Assembly (NCBI RefSeq): GCF_006345805.1
Contig: NW_021835330.1
Span: 1-40,729, forward strand
From: Octopus sinensis
Taxonomy: Eukaryota
Direction: 5' to 3'
Length of the DNA stretch: 40,729 nt
Of the stretch, positions 1-10,835 are shown piece after piece; position 1 is the stretch's first letter, and every line of letters begins with the position of its first letter. A program made the position numbers and the translations under genes. The notes under the pieces are model-generated. The model did no database searches and was not told the origin of the DNA. It worked only from the letters and a program-made list of their open reading frames with translations.

Positions 1-145
1 TGCGTTACTGTACTTAATTTATCGACCCCGAAAGGATGAAAGGCAAAGTCGACCTTGGCGGCAATTTGAACTCAGAACGTAACAGCAGACGAAATACGGC
101 TACGCATTTCGCCCGGCGTGCTAACGATTCTGCCAGCTCGCCGCC
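1..145 (-). mobile_element. SINE family A (tRNA-headed), cut by window edge
   Basis: Reverse strand reads GGCGGCGAGCTGGCAGAATCGTTAGC (A-box-like), GAGTTCAAATT (B-box-like), then GCCTTTCATCCTTTCGGGGTCGATAAATTAAGTAC; about 20 related copies in the window. The central block resembles Meta/Sauria-type SINE cores (from memory). Confidence 0.9.
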
Positions 146-359
146 ATTAATATATATATATATATTGATCATTTGATCATTTGATCATCGTATCAAATTA
201 ATCAACATATCAACCAATTATATTTCTTGTTTAAATAAATAAATAAATAAATAAACTGTGTTTATTTATCTTTCTGTCGTCCGCGTTGGATTTCATCTTT
301 CAAACTACGTCAGCGACCACAAATCATAGTTTACACTTACACAGAAGCATTAAATGCTT

Positions 360-655
360 TATCTATGTATGTATGTACGTGTTATATGTACGTATGTATG
401 TTGTACGTATGTATGTATGTATGTAGTATGTATGTATGTATGTATGTGTTGGTTATGTGTGTTGTGTTGTATGTATGTATGTATGTATGAGTATATATGT
501 ATGTATGTATGTATGTATGTGTGTATGTAGTATGTATGTATATATGTATGTATGTATGTATGTATGGGTGTATGTATGTATGTATGTATGTATGGGGTAT
601 GTATGTATGTATGTATGTATATCTGTGTATATGTACGTACGTATGTATGTATGTA

Positions 656-686
<31 letters not shown>

Positions 687-900
687 AGGTATGTATGTAT
701 ATATGTATGTATGTATGTAGGTATGTATGTATGTATGTATGTACGTACGTATGTATGTATGTATGAGTATGTATGTGTGTGTACGTCTATATATTCATAC
801 ACACATACATATACACACATATTCACTAATACACACGTATACATGTACATATACACAAATACACACATACACACACACACACTTATATACACACGCGCGC
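360..900. repeat. Compound (TATG)n/(TG)n/(CA)n microsatellite
   Basis: Directly visible. Confidence 0.95.
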
Positions 901-1054
901 ATATATTCCAGTGTACGGGGGATGGGGTGATTAATGAAGAGGTCTGTGACCTTTATGAATTTCTCTCAGAACATTAAGCGAATGTGAGATTTTCATGTCT
1001 GTTTCAGAAAGTATTGTCGTGATCTTAATAACAATTATACCCATCGTTACCACA

Positions 1055-1096
1055 GTCATCATTATCATCATCATCATCATCATCATCATCATCGTC

Positions 1097-1143
<47 letters not shown>

Positions 1144-1144
1144 G

Positions 1145-1197
<53 letters not shown>

Positions 1198-1330
1198 GAC
1201 ATCAACAATAACAACGACACCGACGACAACGATGATGGTGATGATGATGAATGATGATAACGGTGATGCTAGTGGATGATGGCAGTGGTGATGATGATGA
1301 TGATGATGGTTATGGTGATGGTCATGATTT
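1055..1330. repeat. (CAT)n tract followed by (GAT)n tract
   Basis: Directly visible trinucleotide tracts of opposite polarity. Confidence 0.95.
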
Positions 1331-1515
1331 ATTTTATTGGCCGTAAGATCCAATGTGTTTGGAACAGTAAAAAAAGGCTAATATAACAACAACAACAAAA
1401 ACATAGAAAGAAGAAAGAAAATATGAGGTTATATCGAGTTAATATGTAAGAACAACAATAACAATAAACATATAACATATATTTGGTCTTTATTTCAGCT
1501 TCATAATTATTATTA

Positions 1516-1552
<37 letters not shown>

Positions 1553-1553
<1 letters not shown>

Positions 1554-1978
1554 CCCATCATGACTACCCGTCCGATAAGGGTACACCAGGCACATGCATC
1601 ACAACCATGTGTGCGCGACATGGTGATCTCATATCAAGATAAACAGCACATGACCTTGCAGGTGGGGCCCAGTTAGAATTTTCTTCAGGTTGAGTAGCCC
1701 ATCCCGCTCAAAGGGTCCCCGAATAAGGTTTGTTTAAGGATGTTGAAAGAACCACCCATGTTTCCAGAGGTGAATTATTCAAACCCCAAAGAATCCCTCT
1801 CAACACATGGCTATGATGCTCCCCCACTACTTCTGCTCGTGATTAGAGATGCACATATCGTCAGCTACTAAGGGACATGCTCAACTGGTTAAGGTCAAAC
1901 AACTGACAAGCAAATCTGTGGTATTGACCAGAATATTTGCTGTAGCCCATCTTTTATACCAAGACAAAACAATGTACA
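1553..1978 (-). mobile_element. Unclassified non-coding interspersed element flanked by (AAT)n
   Basis: About 1880-1978 is the reverse complement of about 19397-19487; both copies sit in AAT/ATT tracts with the same polarity. Confidence 0.7.
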
Positions 1979-2062
1979 TTATTATTATTATTATTATCAT
2001 CATCATCATCATCATCATCATTATTATTATTATCATTATTTTTATTATCATTACTATTATTA

Positions 2063-2106
<44 letters not shown>

Positions 2107-2239
2107 TTAGTTTCTTTGCCAATGTTTTTACATCGCGCGTTCTGTGACCTCTTCAAACGCCTCTTTATCCCACGTCTCCTCTTGTTCTGCTTAATACATA
2201 AACGTAACCTGAAATATCGGCATAATAATTCATTCTAAT

Positions 2240-2430
2240 ATAGGTATAGGGCTTGAAATTCGAAAGCAAGGAGCTAGTAAAAAAACTCCCCCTACCCTTA
2301 TAATTCAACTGGTCCTTATTTTATCGATCCCGAAAGGATAAAAGGTATAGTCGACGGCAAATGAATTTGAACTTAGAACGTAAAGATTTAGAAGAAATTC
2401 CGCTAAGTATTTCATCCGACGCATAAACGA
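2240..2430 (-). mobile_element. SINE family A, degraded A2 variant
   Basis: ATCGATCCCGAAAGGATAAAAGG...GAACTTAGAACG matches the SINE-A core. Confidence 0.75.
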
Positions 2431-2439
2431 TTCTATCTA

Positions 2440-2944
2440 CTACCGGTCGTTGGCTATCACCCTTGTTAACTCAAGTATAAGTGCCCAATCTCTGTGGGCA
2501 TTTCCGCGACTGAAACTACGCGATCAATTTCGAGTAACTGAGCCCTGTCCACGCTTAATTTCTACATAGACCATACTAATCCCAAACTTGTGCTCTGGGA
2601 TGCCGAATATCTTAAATTGTGGAAATCCTGTGCTATCCCTATCCAAAAAATATATATATTCCTCTCTACAATGATCTGGTTGATCGGAAGCAAATTAGGC
2701 ATTGAAGCATTCTAGAAATAATTCTGACGCTTTTCAAAGCATCGAAATCCGCCTGAGTAGGTTTGCGATGCTTCTAGATCCCTCTCTCTTATCGGTTGTT
2801 CTCTTACAATTCCTGCATGTGTCCAAGATGCAATACCAATCACCAACTAACAGTAATAATTACCACGTTCCTTAGAATGCTTATATGCACATGAAAATGT
2901 CCCGTCGTCCAGAGAATAAATGACCCCTGATCCAAAGGCTTCGC
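2440..2944 (-). pseudogene. L1/Tx1-type LINE apurinic endonuclease fragment (C-terminal part)
   Basis: Manual translation gives LLLLVGDWYCILD...YIYFLDRD...PEHK, matching APE GDWN/YLDR/DH motifs, with stops and frameshifts. Confidence 0.6.
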
Positions 2945-3548
2945 CTTCGTTACTGTTTACAGATAGAAGCTCCAATTTACCATTTGCTTTCATGAGTGTT
3001 GAGTAAAGACTGAAAGAGTACTATCACGAATACAAGTGGCCGAAATGAGGTTCCTCCAAAGGGCCACCAATGTAACGTTACTCGAAAAAGTGCATAGCTC
3101 GGAGATCAGGGAGTCTCTCCAAGTCTCTGTATTGAGAGGTCACAGTTCCAGTACTACAGACATGTGATTACAATGCCGCAGAAAAGGGTCTCAAGGAAGG
3201 TTCTTCAAGCCGAACCAAGTGGCAGGAGACCCAGGGGTAGACCAAAAGCGAAATAGTTGAATAATATCCATATTCGCAGTTGGTCACTCATGAAACCGGA
3301 AAGTGTAATGATGGTTACTTTTGACAAAGAAGAGGTTCTTGAGGTCAATATCCCTACGACCCTTTCAGGAGTAGAGGGTGGAGAAGGTGGATGCACGGAC
3401 GGATAGATGGATGGATGAGTGGATGGATGGATGGGTGGATGGATGGATGGGTGGATGGATGGATGGATGGATGGATGGATGGATGGATGGATGGATGGGT
3501 GGGTGGGGGATGGATGGATGGATGGATGGATGGATGGATGGATGGATC
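2945..3548 (+). mobile_element. RTE-clade LINE 3' end with (GGAT)n tail
   Basis: Translates to TERVLSRIQVAEMRFLQRATNVTLLEKVHSSEIRESL...[16 protein letters not shown], a typical RTE ORF C-terminus, followed by (GGAT)n at about 3400-3545. Confidence 0.85.
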
Positions 3549-3722
3549 CGGGAATTTTGTCCGTACTTTGAGATCCAGAACTTTTCGGAAAATCATGGCC
3601 ACTACCATCGATTCGGACTGTCTGAAAAATGCGTACAGCTCATAGAGGCAGAGCGTGAGTGCAGTCGACCCGTAAATACTGCTCTCACTGATGACTACCA
3701 CAATGTCGTTAGTGATAGATGA
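3549..3722 (-). pseudogene. L1/Tx1-type endonuclease fragment (N-terminal part)
   Basis: DIVVVISES...[20 protein letters not shown] resembles the APE N-terminus; colinear with 2440-2944 across the RTE insertion. Confidence 0.55.
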
Positions 3723-3725
3723 CTT

Positions 3726-3960
3726 AATACCTATTTCTTTATTACCCACAAGGGGCTAAACATAGAGGGGACAAACAAGGACAGACATAGGTATTAAGTC
3801 GATTACATCGACCCCAGTGCGTAACTGGTACTTAATTTATCGACCCCGAAAGGATGAAAGGCAAAGTCGACCTCGGCGGAATTTGAACTCAGAACGCAAC
3901 GGTAGACGAAATACCGCTAAGCATTTCGCCCGGCTTGCTAACGATTCTGCCAGCTCGCCG
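3726..3960 (-). mobile_element. SINE family A, full length
   Basis: Complete head, core and 3' part ending AAAGAAATAGGTATT. Confidence 0.92.
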
Positions 3961-3964
3961 TTAT

Positions 3965-4720
3965 ACAAAAGACACCTTGCTTCCAAACCGGCACCAGGCT
4001 AAGCAAGAGTATATGTGAACGTAGTCACTTTGCATCTGGAACAACTGATTGATCTGGTTTTCCGAGTTTTCCAAAAAACCTCACATCATTGAAACCTCAC
4101 TTCCACTTTATGTGAGAATCTGAACGGCAAATATTTGAAGTCTTCTGATATAGCTATCACCAGAAGTCTCTCAAATACTGTTTTTTTTTTTTAGTGGAAT
4201 TGGTCGATATTTCATCAACTCTTTGTCTTTTTGTGGTTTTCGTTGTTTTTGTTTTATATATACTATCAAGCTAGCTTTTTCCTTTCGGAGAATATTTAAA
4301 CAGAGAAGTTTACGGTTAGGTATTGTTGTTGTTAGTTGTAGTTTTGTAGTTATTGTTGCTCTATTTGTATATTTTTTATTTGTTTTTTATGGGGGTTATT
4401 CTTGTGAATATATTTTCCAATTCAGGTTATTGTTATTATTGTTGTTGTTGCTGCTGATGTCGTTGTTGTTGTTGCTGTTGCTGTTGTTTTATGTTCTGGT
4501 GAGAGTCCACACAGAACGTATTCTATACACCAAACAGGTGAAACACTAAAATATCGCCAAGAAAAACAAAATACATTCCGCAACAACTGTAAAACAGATG
4601 TAACGTACCCACCACACATGAAGTCTTATACTTCCCTCCGAAAATACAATACTGCACGCATCTCAGGAACGCGAACGCACAGTTGGTAGTACAGCAGAAG
4701 CTCGCGAGAAGCTAGTGAAA
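3965..4720 (-). pseudogene. Possible 5' end/ORF1 start of the same L1/Tx1 remnant
   Basis: Poly-Thr/Gln-type stretch then KTVFE...; only weak similarity in layout to the ORF1 start at 14745-15074. Confidence 0.3.
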
Positions 4721-4729
4721 AGAGGGAGT

Positions 4730-5170
4730 AGTAGTAGTAGGAGGAGGAGGACGAGGAGGACGAGGAGGACGACGATGACGGTGACGACAACGACGACGAT
4801 GACGGGGCGACGGCGGTGACGGCGACGGCGGCGATGGCGGCGGCGACGACGACGATGGCGGCGGCGACGACGACGATGGCGGCGGCGACGACGACGATGG
4901 CGGCGGCGACGATGGCGGCGGCGACGATGGCGGCGGCGACGATGGCGGCGGCGACGATGGCGGCGGCGACGATGGCGGCGGCGACGATGGCGGCGGCGAC
5001 GATGGCGGCGGCGACGATGGCGGCGGCGACGATGGCGGCGGCGACGATGGCGGCGGCGACTACAGTAATTATGATGATGGTGTTGGTCGTGGTGGTTGTA
5101 GTGACGACGCCGATGATGGTAATGATGGACTACGGCGACGAAGAAGAAGAAGAAGAAGAAGAAGAAGAAT
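4730..5170. repeat. Compound triplet repeat containing a GC-rich 15/21-bp minisatellite
   Basis: 3 x ATGGCGGCGGCGACGACGACG then 11 x ATGGCGGCGGCGACG (4834-5061), flanked by AGT, AGG, GAC and GAA runs. Confidence 0.95.
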
Positions 5171-5254
5171 ATAACAACTGCAATAGTAATGGTTTCTGAT
5201 TTAGAATAATTTACAAATTGCATAAAAGTAGCAATAAAAGCAAGGTATATTTAA

Positions 5255-5500
5255 GGCTGCGTGCTGAAGAAACTTTTTTTGCAACAACGTGGTGCCAAGT
5301 TCAATCTTACTGCGCTGCTCCTGGGGTAAAAGTCTTCTAGTATTGCCCGAGCCGACCAATACTTTGTGAGTGAATTTGGTAGACGGAAACTGTGTAGAAG
5401 CCCGTCGTGTATATGTGTGTGTTTGTGTGTGAGAGAGAGTGTGTGTTTGTGCGCATGCGTGCGTATATGTGTGTCCCACCACCACTGACAGCCGGTGTTA
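5255..5500 (+). mobile_element. SINE family B (CORE-like), degraded
   Basis: GTGAGTGAATTTGGTAGACGGAAACTG...AAGCCCGTCG is shared with six other copies. Confidence 0.8.
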
Positions 5501-5599
5501 TTTTGTTTACGATCCCATAACTCAGCGATTAAAATTGTTATGCCCAAGTACAATTCAATTGAAGCATATACAACGGAGAGATATACTTACTTAGTAACC

Positions 5600-7250
5600 G
5601 ATCCAATCGTTCAATATATTCAAATTGAACCATTAGACCAGCATTTCCTCTTGATCATCCTCGGGCATCTGACATGCTCTCCACTTTCTCCGAGCTGACT
5701 TTGTAAAGGGCTGTAAAAACGATTTCATTTAAGGACGTAATAGGTTCCACTTCATGAGAGACGTGCTTCCCTTTATCGGAGATTTCTCCTTCTCTTTACT
5801 AGAGCGAAACCAACTCTCTTACAAAAAAGGGGCATTCCTCCTTAAAATATGCGCGAGGAAGGGTACATCTGAAGAAGTGTACTACTTTTTGCACTTCTCT
5901 TTCACCCGTTTCAATTTTTTATTTCATTTGGAATAAGGTCTTTTATAAGTTTTTCAGCAAGTCAGACGATTTTCTTCGACTCAGTCGAGTCCCCTCTTTA
6001 TAAAGAGGTGGGACTGGTTCGTAGTCTGCTTTTCGCTGTTGATGTTGTTGTATAAGACTTTTTTTTTCCATTTCCTCATTCTAATTGCCGTCGGCTATGA
6101 TTCGGCTAAGGAGTTCATGGTAGACATCTGGACATGGAGATAAAGGTAGGTTCCTCGAAAAGATATTTTAACGGTTGCTGCTCAAAATTTGCATAAAATT
6201 CACTGTAATATGAAAATCTTGCCATCCTTGTTCCGTGAACTTCTTGTGTATTTTGTACGTTTTTCATCAGAAGTCTCTGTCTTGCTCGAGTCTTCGAGAG
6301 TGTTTTTATTTTGTTATTATTGTACGCTGTTGATATATAGTTGTTGTTGTTGCTGCTGCTACTGCTGCTGCTGCTGCTGCTGCTTTTGTCTGTCATGCAA
6401 AGTTACGCCTTTGGATATTAAATTACCATTATCTCTACATAAGGATGTATCTGATGTTTTTTGCGACTTTTTATTCCGTTTACCTTTTTTAAATTCTGTT
6501 TATCTTGTTCGAATTCACTTTTGTGTGTATTCGGAGATTAAGGGATTTTTTTTTCTTTTAAAGGGATGTATTCAATGCTTCTCCCTTCCTTGTTTGTAGT
6601 GTTTACCGCTCTTTCTAGCAAGGAAAGCCGCAGTGAAAATTATTGTAAACACAACCGCAATTATGTGTAAAACAGACCTGCTTATCGGACGTGCTGATAA
6701 CGTTGTTTGCGTTGCTGCGCTTTCTGTCGTTATTGTTGATGTATCTGCGGTATGGGCGATGGCGGCAAAGCAGATCTCAGGTTCCCCATGTTTCACCAGT
6801 GTGCAGAAATCATTGAAACAATGCGTACTTTTACAAGTGCAGCATTTAGGTTTCTTTACTGCTATTCTCACATACCAATACTCGCCACCAACAAAGAAGA
6901 TGCTGGGCAAAGATTTTCCCGTAAGTGCAGATGTTAGTAAGATCTGTAATCCAAGGGGTATACCTGACTGCTGTCTGTCTGAAGATGTCTACGGGCCGAT
7001 AGTTTCCATTCCCCGGATTCCTTATCTGCCATCGCGAATGTATACAGGAATTTATGTATACAGCATGTACGTAAGTTTCATTTAATATCAAACGTCCGTT
7101 CGCATTATCTTGATTATCTACAATCTGTGTAAGTGGAAAAGAGGAAGAATTTCGAGCTGCAGATAACAATAATGATTATGGATGATCTAGCAGAGAACTT
7201 TTGTTAGATCCCGCTTCATTATAGCTTACGATGCTTTAACTACAATAATA
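5600..7250 (-). pseudogene. Degraded L1/Tx1-like ORF1 (tentative)
   Basis: LPSIFFVGGEYWYVRIAVKKPKCCTCKSTHCFNDFC followed by a Thr/Ala-rich linker parallels IPELINPPNGTQLFAAVDDRKSRCHICGEINHLKTYC plus linker at 14020-14424; multiple frameshifts and stops. Confidence 0.4.
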
Positions 7251-7769
7251 TTTTTGTAATAACAGGCAATAATAAACATTTTAAAAAAATCAAAATCAGA
7301 TTGGAAGAATGCTTCAAAGACTCATACAATTGTAAAATTTAATTACAGATCAACAAAGCTATTAGTGAAAAGTAAGGAAAAAAGTGAGCCGAACATGACA
7401 TGAAATGATTTCTATATGATTTTTGGCGATATTTCTTAACCTGTGAATTTTGGAAACATTATCCATGAATAACGTCGCGACACTGATTCCGCAAAATTAG
7501 GTTAGGTGTGACAATATATTGTGACCAAAACATTGCACGTGTAGTCGTATTATACTATTTCAGTTTTGTGCAGAGACCTGATTGGTGTTTTTTTTTCCAT
7601 AATTTTCCCGTCATTCTTTGCCCTTCGCATCTGCATCCGCGAGGTTTCCCAAAATCGCTTCTCAAAGACTGTTTAAACATTTGGAATCCTTTTTTTCATT
7701 ACCAACTTTTAATAAAATTTTCGTTTTTGTGGGGTGGGGTAGTATTCCCCATCTTTAAAATGTGGCCCG

Positions 7770-7869
7770 AGTAAACCCGAATGAAATCGGGTTTTAATAC
7801 TGAAACAAGTAAAATAATAAAAGAAACTATGCTGTTTTAATCCCGAGCAAGGCTGGGTCTCTCTGCTAG
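7770..7869 (+). mobile_element. Helitron 3' terminus
   Basis: GC hairpin CCCGAGCAAGGCTGGG then CTAG|T (7866-7870); nearly the same as the reverse complement of 27455-27492. Confidence 0.75.
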
Positions 7870-7899
7870 TAAATACTAAATCCATCTCTATCAGCAGAT

Positions 7900-8625
7900 G
7901 AACAATCCAAGGGTAGACTTTCTCTCCTCTCCTTTTCTGCAAGGCGTGTGACCAACGTGGTTAATTCAAACTGCTCTTGGATACAAATGGTATGGGAGAA
8001 CAATCAACCATATTTTCTTATAATGCCAACCAGAAATTGAAGACTGCAAATGGCTAGGCAACTAGTATTGTTGCAAAAGAGGGCGGCGAGCTGGCAGAAA
8101 CGTTAGCACGCCGGGCGAAATGCGTAGCCGTATTTCGTCTGCCGTTACGTTCTGAGTTCAAATTCCGCCGAGGTCGACTTTGCTTTTTATCCTTTAGGGG
8201 TCGATATAATCGACTTAATCCGTTTGTCTGTCCTTATTTGTCCTCTCTGTGTTTAGCCCCTTGTGGGTCGTAAAGAAATAAGTATTGTTGCAGCAGACAG
8301 TACAGGGATATGAAATTCGAACCAGAAATTTCCTCCAACGCAATAGAGAAGAGACAAAAGGAAATTTAAAACTCATCATTTCAGATAACAAATAAGTAAA
8401 AATAAAAATTACAAATATTTAGAAGGTAATAAATTTGACAGAGTACAGCACACACAAATGAAAAAAGTTCTGGAAGTAATTTAAATGAATCAGATTAGTA
8501 TTTAAAACAGAGCTAAGCTCCAAACATAAAGCAACAGGAATCAATACTCTAACTATCCCACTAATAAGTTTATAAATACAATATTCTCAATATGATGCTA
8601 AGTGAATTAGCCTGACTAGACAGTA
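7900..8625 (+). pseudogene. R4/Dong-type LINE reverse transcriptase fragment, split by a SINE
   Basis: GYKWYGRTINH... before the SINE and RLVFKTELSSKHKATGINTLTIP after it, matching R4-type RT palm/thumb. Confidence 0.6.
8076..8280 (+). mobile_element. SINE family A with 12-bp target-site duplication
   Basis: AGTATTGTTGCA at 8064-8075 and 8281-8292. Confidence 0.92.
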
Positions 8626-8736
8626 ATAATAATGATTCCATTTAGACTACACTATGCAAAATTCTCTACGTATCACAAATATATGGATGCAGGGGCCTTT
8701 TACGACAAAAAAAGATTTTATAAAATAACTAATTTA

Positions 8737-8978
8737 GTTGTGTCTGGGAAGAGTCATTTTCTTTTTGTCCCTTATTATTTAAAACACTCACCTGTAAAAT
8801 TTCTACTTTTTCTTATTTTTTTATTGTCCTAAAATTTTCGTTGCGTCTTGCAACCTTTTCAATAGTTTTGACAATAAAAAAAAGGACAATAAAAAAAATA
8901 AGAAAAAAGTGGAAATTTTACCGGTGAGTGTGTTACATTATGAGGCACAAAAAGAAAATGACTCTCCCCAGACACAAC
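8737..8978. mobile_element. Palindromic MITE-like element
   Basis: GTTGTGTCTGGGAAGAGTCATTTTCTTTTTGT...ACAAAAAGAAAATGACTCTCCCCAGACACAAC; imperfect arms of about 90 bp. Confidence 0.8.
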
Positions 8979-9122
8979 AGAATATGCTTCAACACACGAA
9001 CTCATATAAAGAATCTTGCAAACCAAATCCAAAAACGAAAAAAACAATTTAGTATTACACGAATACCAAGTTAAGAATAATGGGGAATGTATATAAATAA
9101 CAACGAAAGACGAATAAAACGT

Positions 9123-9505
9123 AAAGGCACGGCATGTCTGTGTGGTTAACAAGCTTGCTTTGCAATCACGTGGTTTTAGGTTCAGTCCCTCTGTGCAGCA
9201 CCTCTGGTAGGTGTTTTCTCCTAAAGCCGCCCAACGCCGATTAATAATTTGTGAGTGAATTTGGTGGATGAAAATGGTGTGGAAACCCGTTGTACAAATG
9301 TGTGTGTGTGTGTGTGTCTGTCTGTGTGGTCATGTGGCAGTAACTTAGTGGTTCAGCAAAAAAGGTCCGAAAGAATAAATACCAGACTTAAAAATGAGTC
9401 CTGAGGTCGATTTCTTTTTTTTTTCTTTTTTTTTTTTACCAAACCCTTCGATGTGGTGTCCCAGCTTTGCCACAGTCCAATGACTGAATCCTGTAAATGT
9501 CAAAA
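9123..9505 (+). mobile_element. SINE family B (CORE-like)
   Basis: tRNA-like head, central TG microsatellite, 3' CAAATGACTGAA-type end. Confidence 0.85.
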
Positions 9506-9517
9506 GTTATATCAACA

Positions 9518-9758
9518 TACATTATTTACATTATTTACATTCGACGGATATTTGTCTTCATCTCGTTTCGGCTGATATACCCTCCAGCCTTCATCAGGTG
9601 TCTTGGGGAAATTTCGAACCTGGGTTCTCATTCCTAAGTTTCGAAATTTCCCCAAGACACCTGATAAAGGCTGGAGGGTATATCAGCCGAAACATTGTGT
9701 TAACAACAAACAAGATGAGGACAAATAACCTTCAAATGTAAATAATATAAATAATGTA
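9518..9758. mobile_element. Inverted Penelope-like terminal repeats with hammerhead-ribozyme motifs
   Basis: Arms 9518-9618 and 9640-9758 around a 21-nt spacer; each arm has GACAC-CTGAT(G/A)A-A-GGCTG-loop-CAGCC-GAAAC. Confidence 0.75.
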
Positions 9759-9815
9759 CATAATTCCTCATCTCTTAAATATAGGACTGTATTATATCAA
9801 TATGCTGTGTTTGAT

Positions 9816-10460
9816 GGGCGGCGAGCTGGCAGAGTCGTTATAGCGCCTGCAAAAATGCTCAGTGGCATTTCTTCCGAAATTACGTTCTCAGTTCAAATGC
9901 CACTGGGGTTGACTCCTTTATGCTTTCAGGATCGATAAAATAAGCACTAGTTGAACACTGGGATTGATGTAATCAACTAGCTTATCCCCACCCCCAAACT
10001 TCCTGGCAAAAGGCGGCGAGCTGGCAGAATCGTTAGCAAGCCGGGCGAAATGCTTACGGTATTTCGCCTGCCGTTAGGTTCTGAGTTCAAATTCCGCCAA
10101 GGTCGACTTTGCCTTTCATCCTTTCGGAGTCGATAAATTAAGTACCAGTTACGCACTGGGGTCGATATAATCGACTTAATCCGTTTGTCTGTCCTTGTTT
10201 GTCCCCTCTATGTTTAGCCCCTTGTGGGCAATATAAAGAAATAAGAATCATTAGTATGCCGGGCGAAATCCTTACAGTATTTCGTCTGCCGTTACGTTCT
10301 GAGTTCAAATTCCACCGAGGTCGACTTTGCCTTTCGTCCTTTCGGGGTCGATTAAATAAGTACCAGTCTCGCACTGGGGTCGATGTAATCGATTTAATCC
10401 CTTTGTCTGTCCTTGCTTATCCCCTCTGTCTTTAGCTCCCGGTGAGCAATAAAAAATAAA
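9816..10460 (+). mobile_element. SINE family A cluster: degraded A2 (9816-9990) plus dimer (10011-10460)
   Basis: Three cores; the dimer is joined through AGAATC at 10244-10249. Confidence 0.88.
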
Positions 10461-10559
10461 TATTCTGTCTTTGAGGTAGTCAATGCATATAAAGCAGAAA
10501 TATGACAATTGTAAGAAATGAGAACCAACAAAAGTTAAAAATGAAGTTTCTAGGTGTCA

Positions 10560-10815
10560 TAATGAAGTCATTGCAAGAAACACTACTACAGAGCTAACAT
10601 ATGGGAAGATTGGACGGGGGAAACATTAATTAAGAACAGATCTCTGCGGCAGTTGCGAAGTGAAGAATGCAAAGCTAATAAGTCAGATTTTCTCTTCTTT
10701 GCGGCTCAGTACCAGATCTTTTCTGCTGTGAATTACCTAAAGCATATAGTGTAGTAGATTACAATAAGTGCAGAATGTGTAGGCTTGAGAAGAAACGATT
10801 CATGAGCATTTCTTT
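10560..10815 (+). pseudogene. R4/Dong-type LINE fragment (pre-zinc-knuckle region)
   Basis: LFFAAQYQ... and KCRMCRLEK-like translation. Confidence 0.5.
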
Positions 10816-10835
10816 TCTTTTCTGTGATGCATTCT

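Noticed and set aside
359-977. Long ORFs such as MYVCMYVC / HTYIHTYI (also 23200-23900, 33800-34150, 39200-39760)
   Set aside because: Translations of TATG/CATA/TA/TG microsatellites with no other coding signal.
4663-5223. Arg/His-rich protamine-like ORF and the opposite (MAAAT)n ORF
   Set aside because: Fully explained by the tandem repeat; no flanking coding context or splice signals.
6572-7169. Host type I membrane-protein exon reading
   Set aside because: Needs several frameshifts and stop read-throughs; the Cys spacing and linker fit a decayed LINE ORF1 better. Kept only as an alternative.
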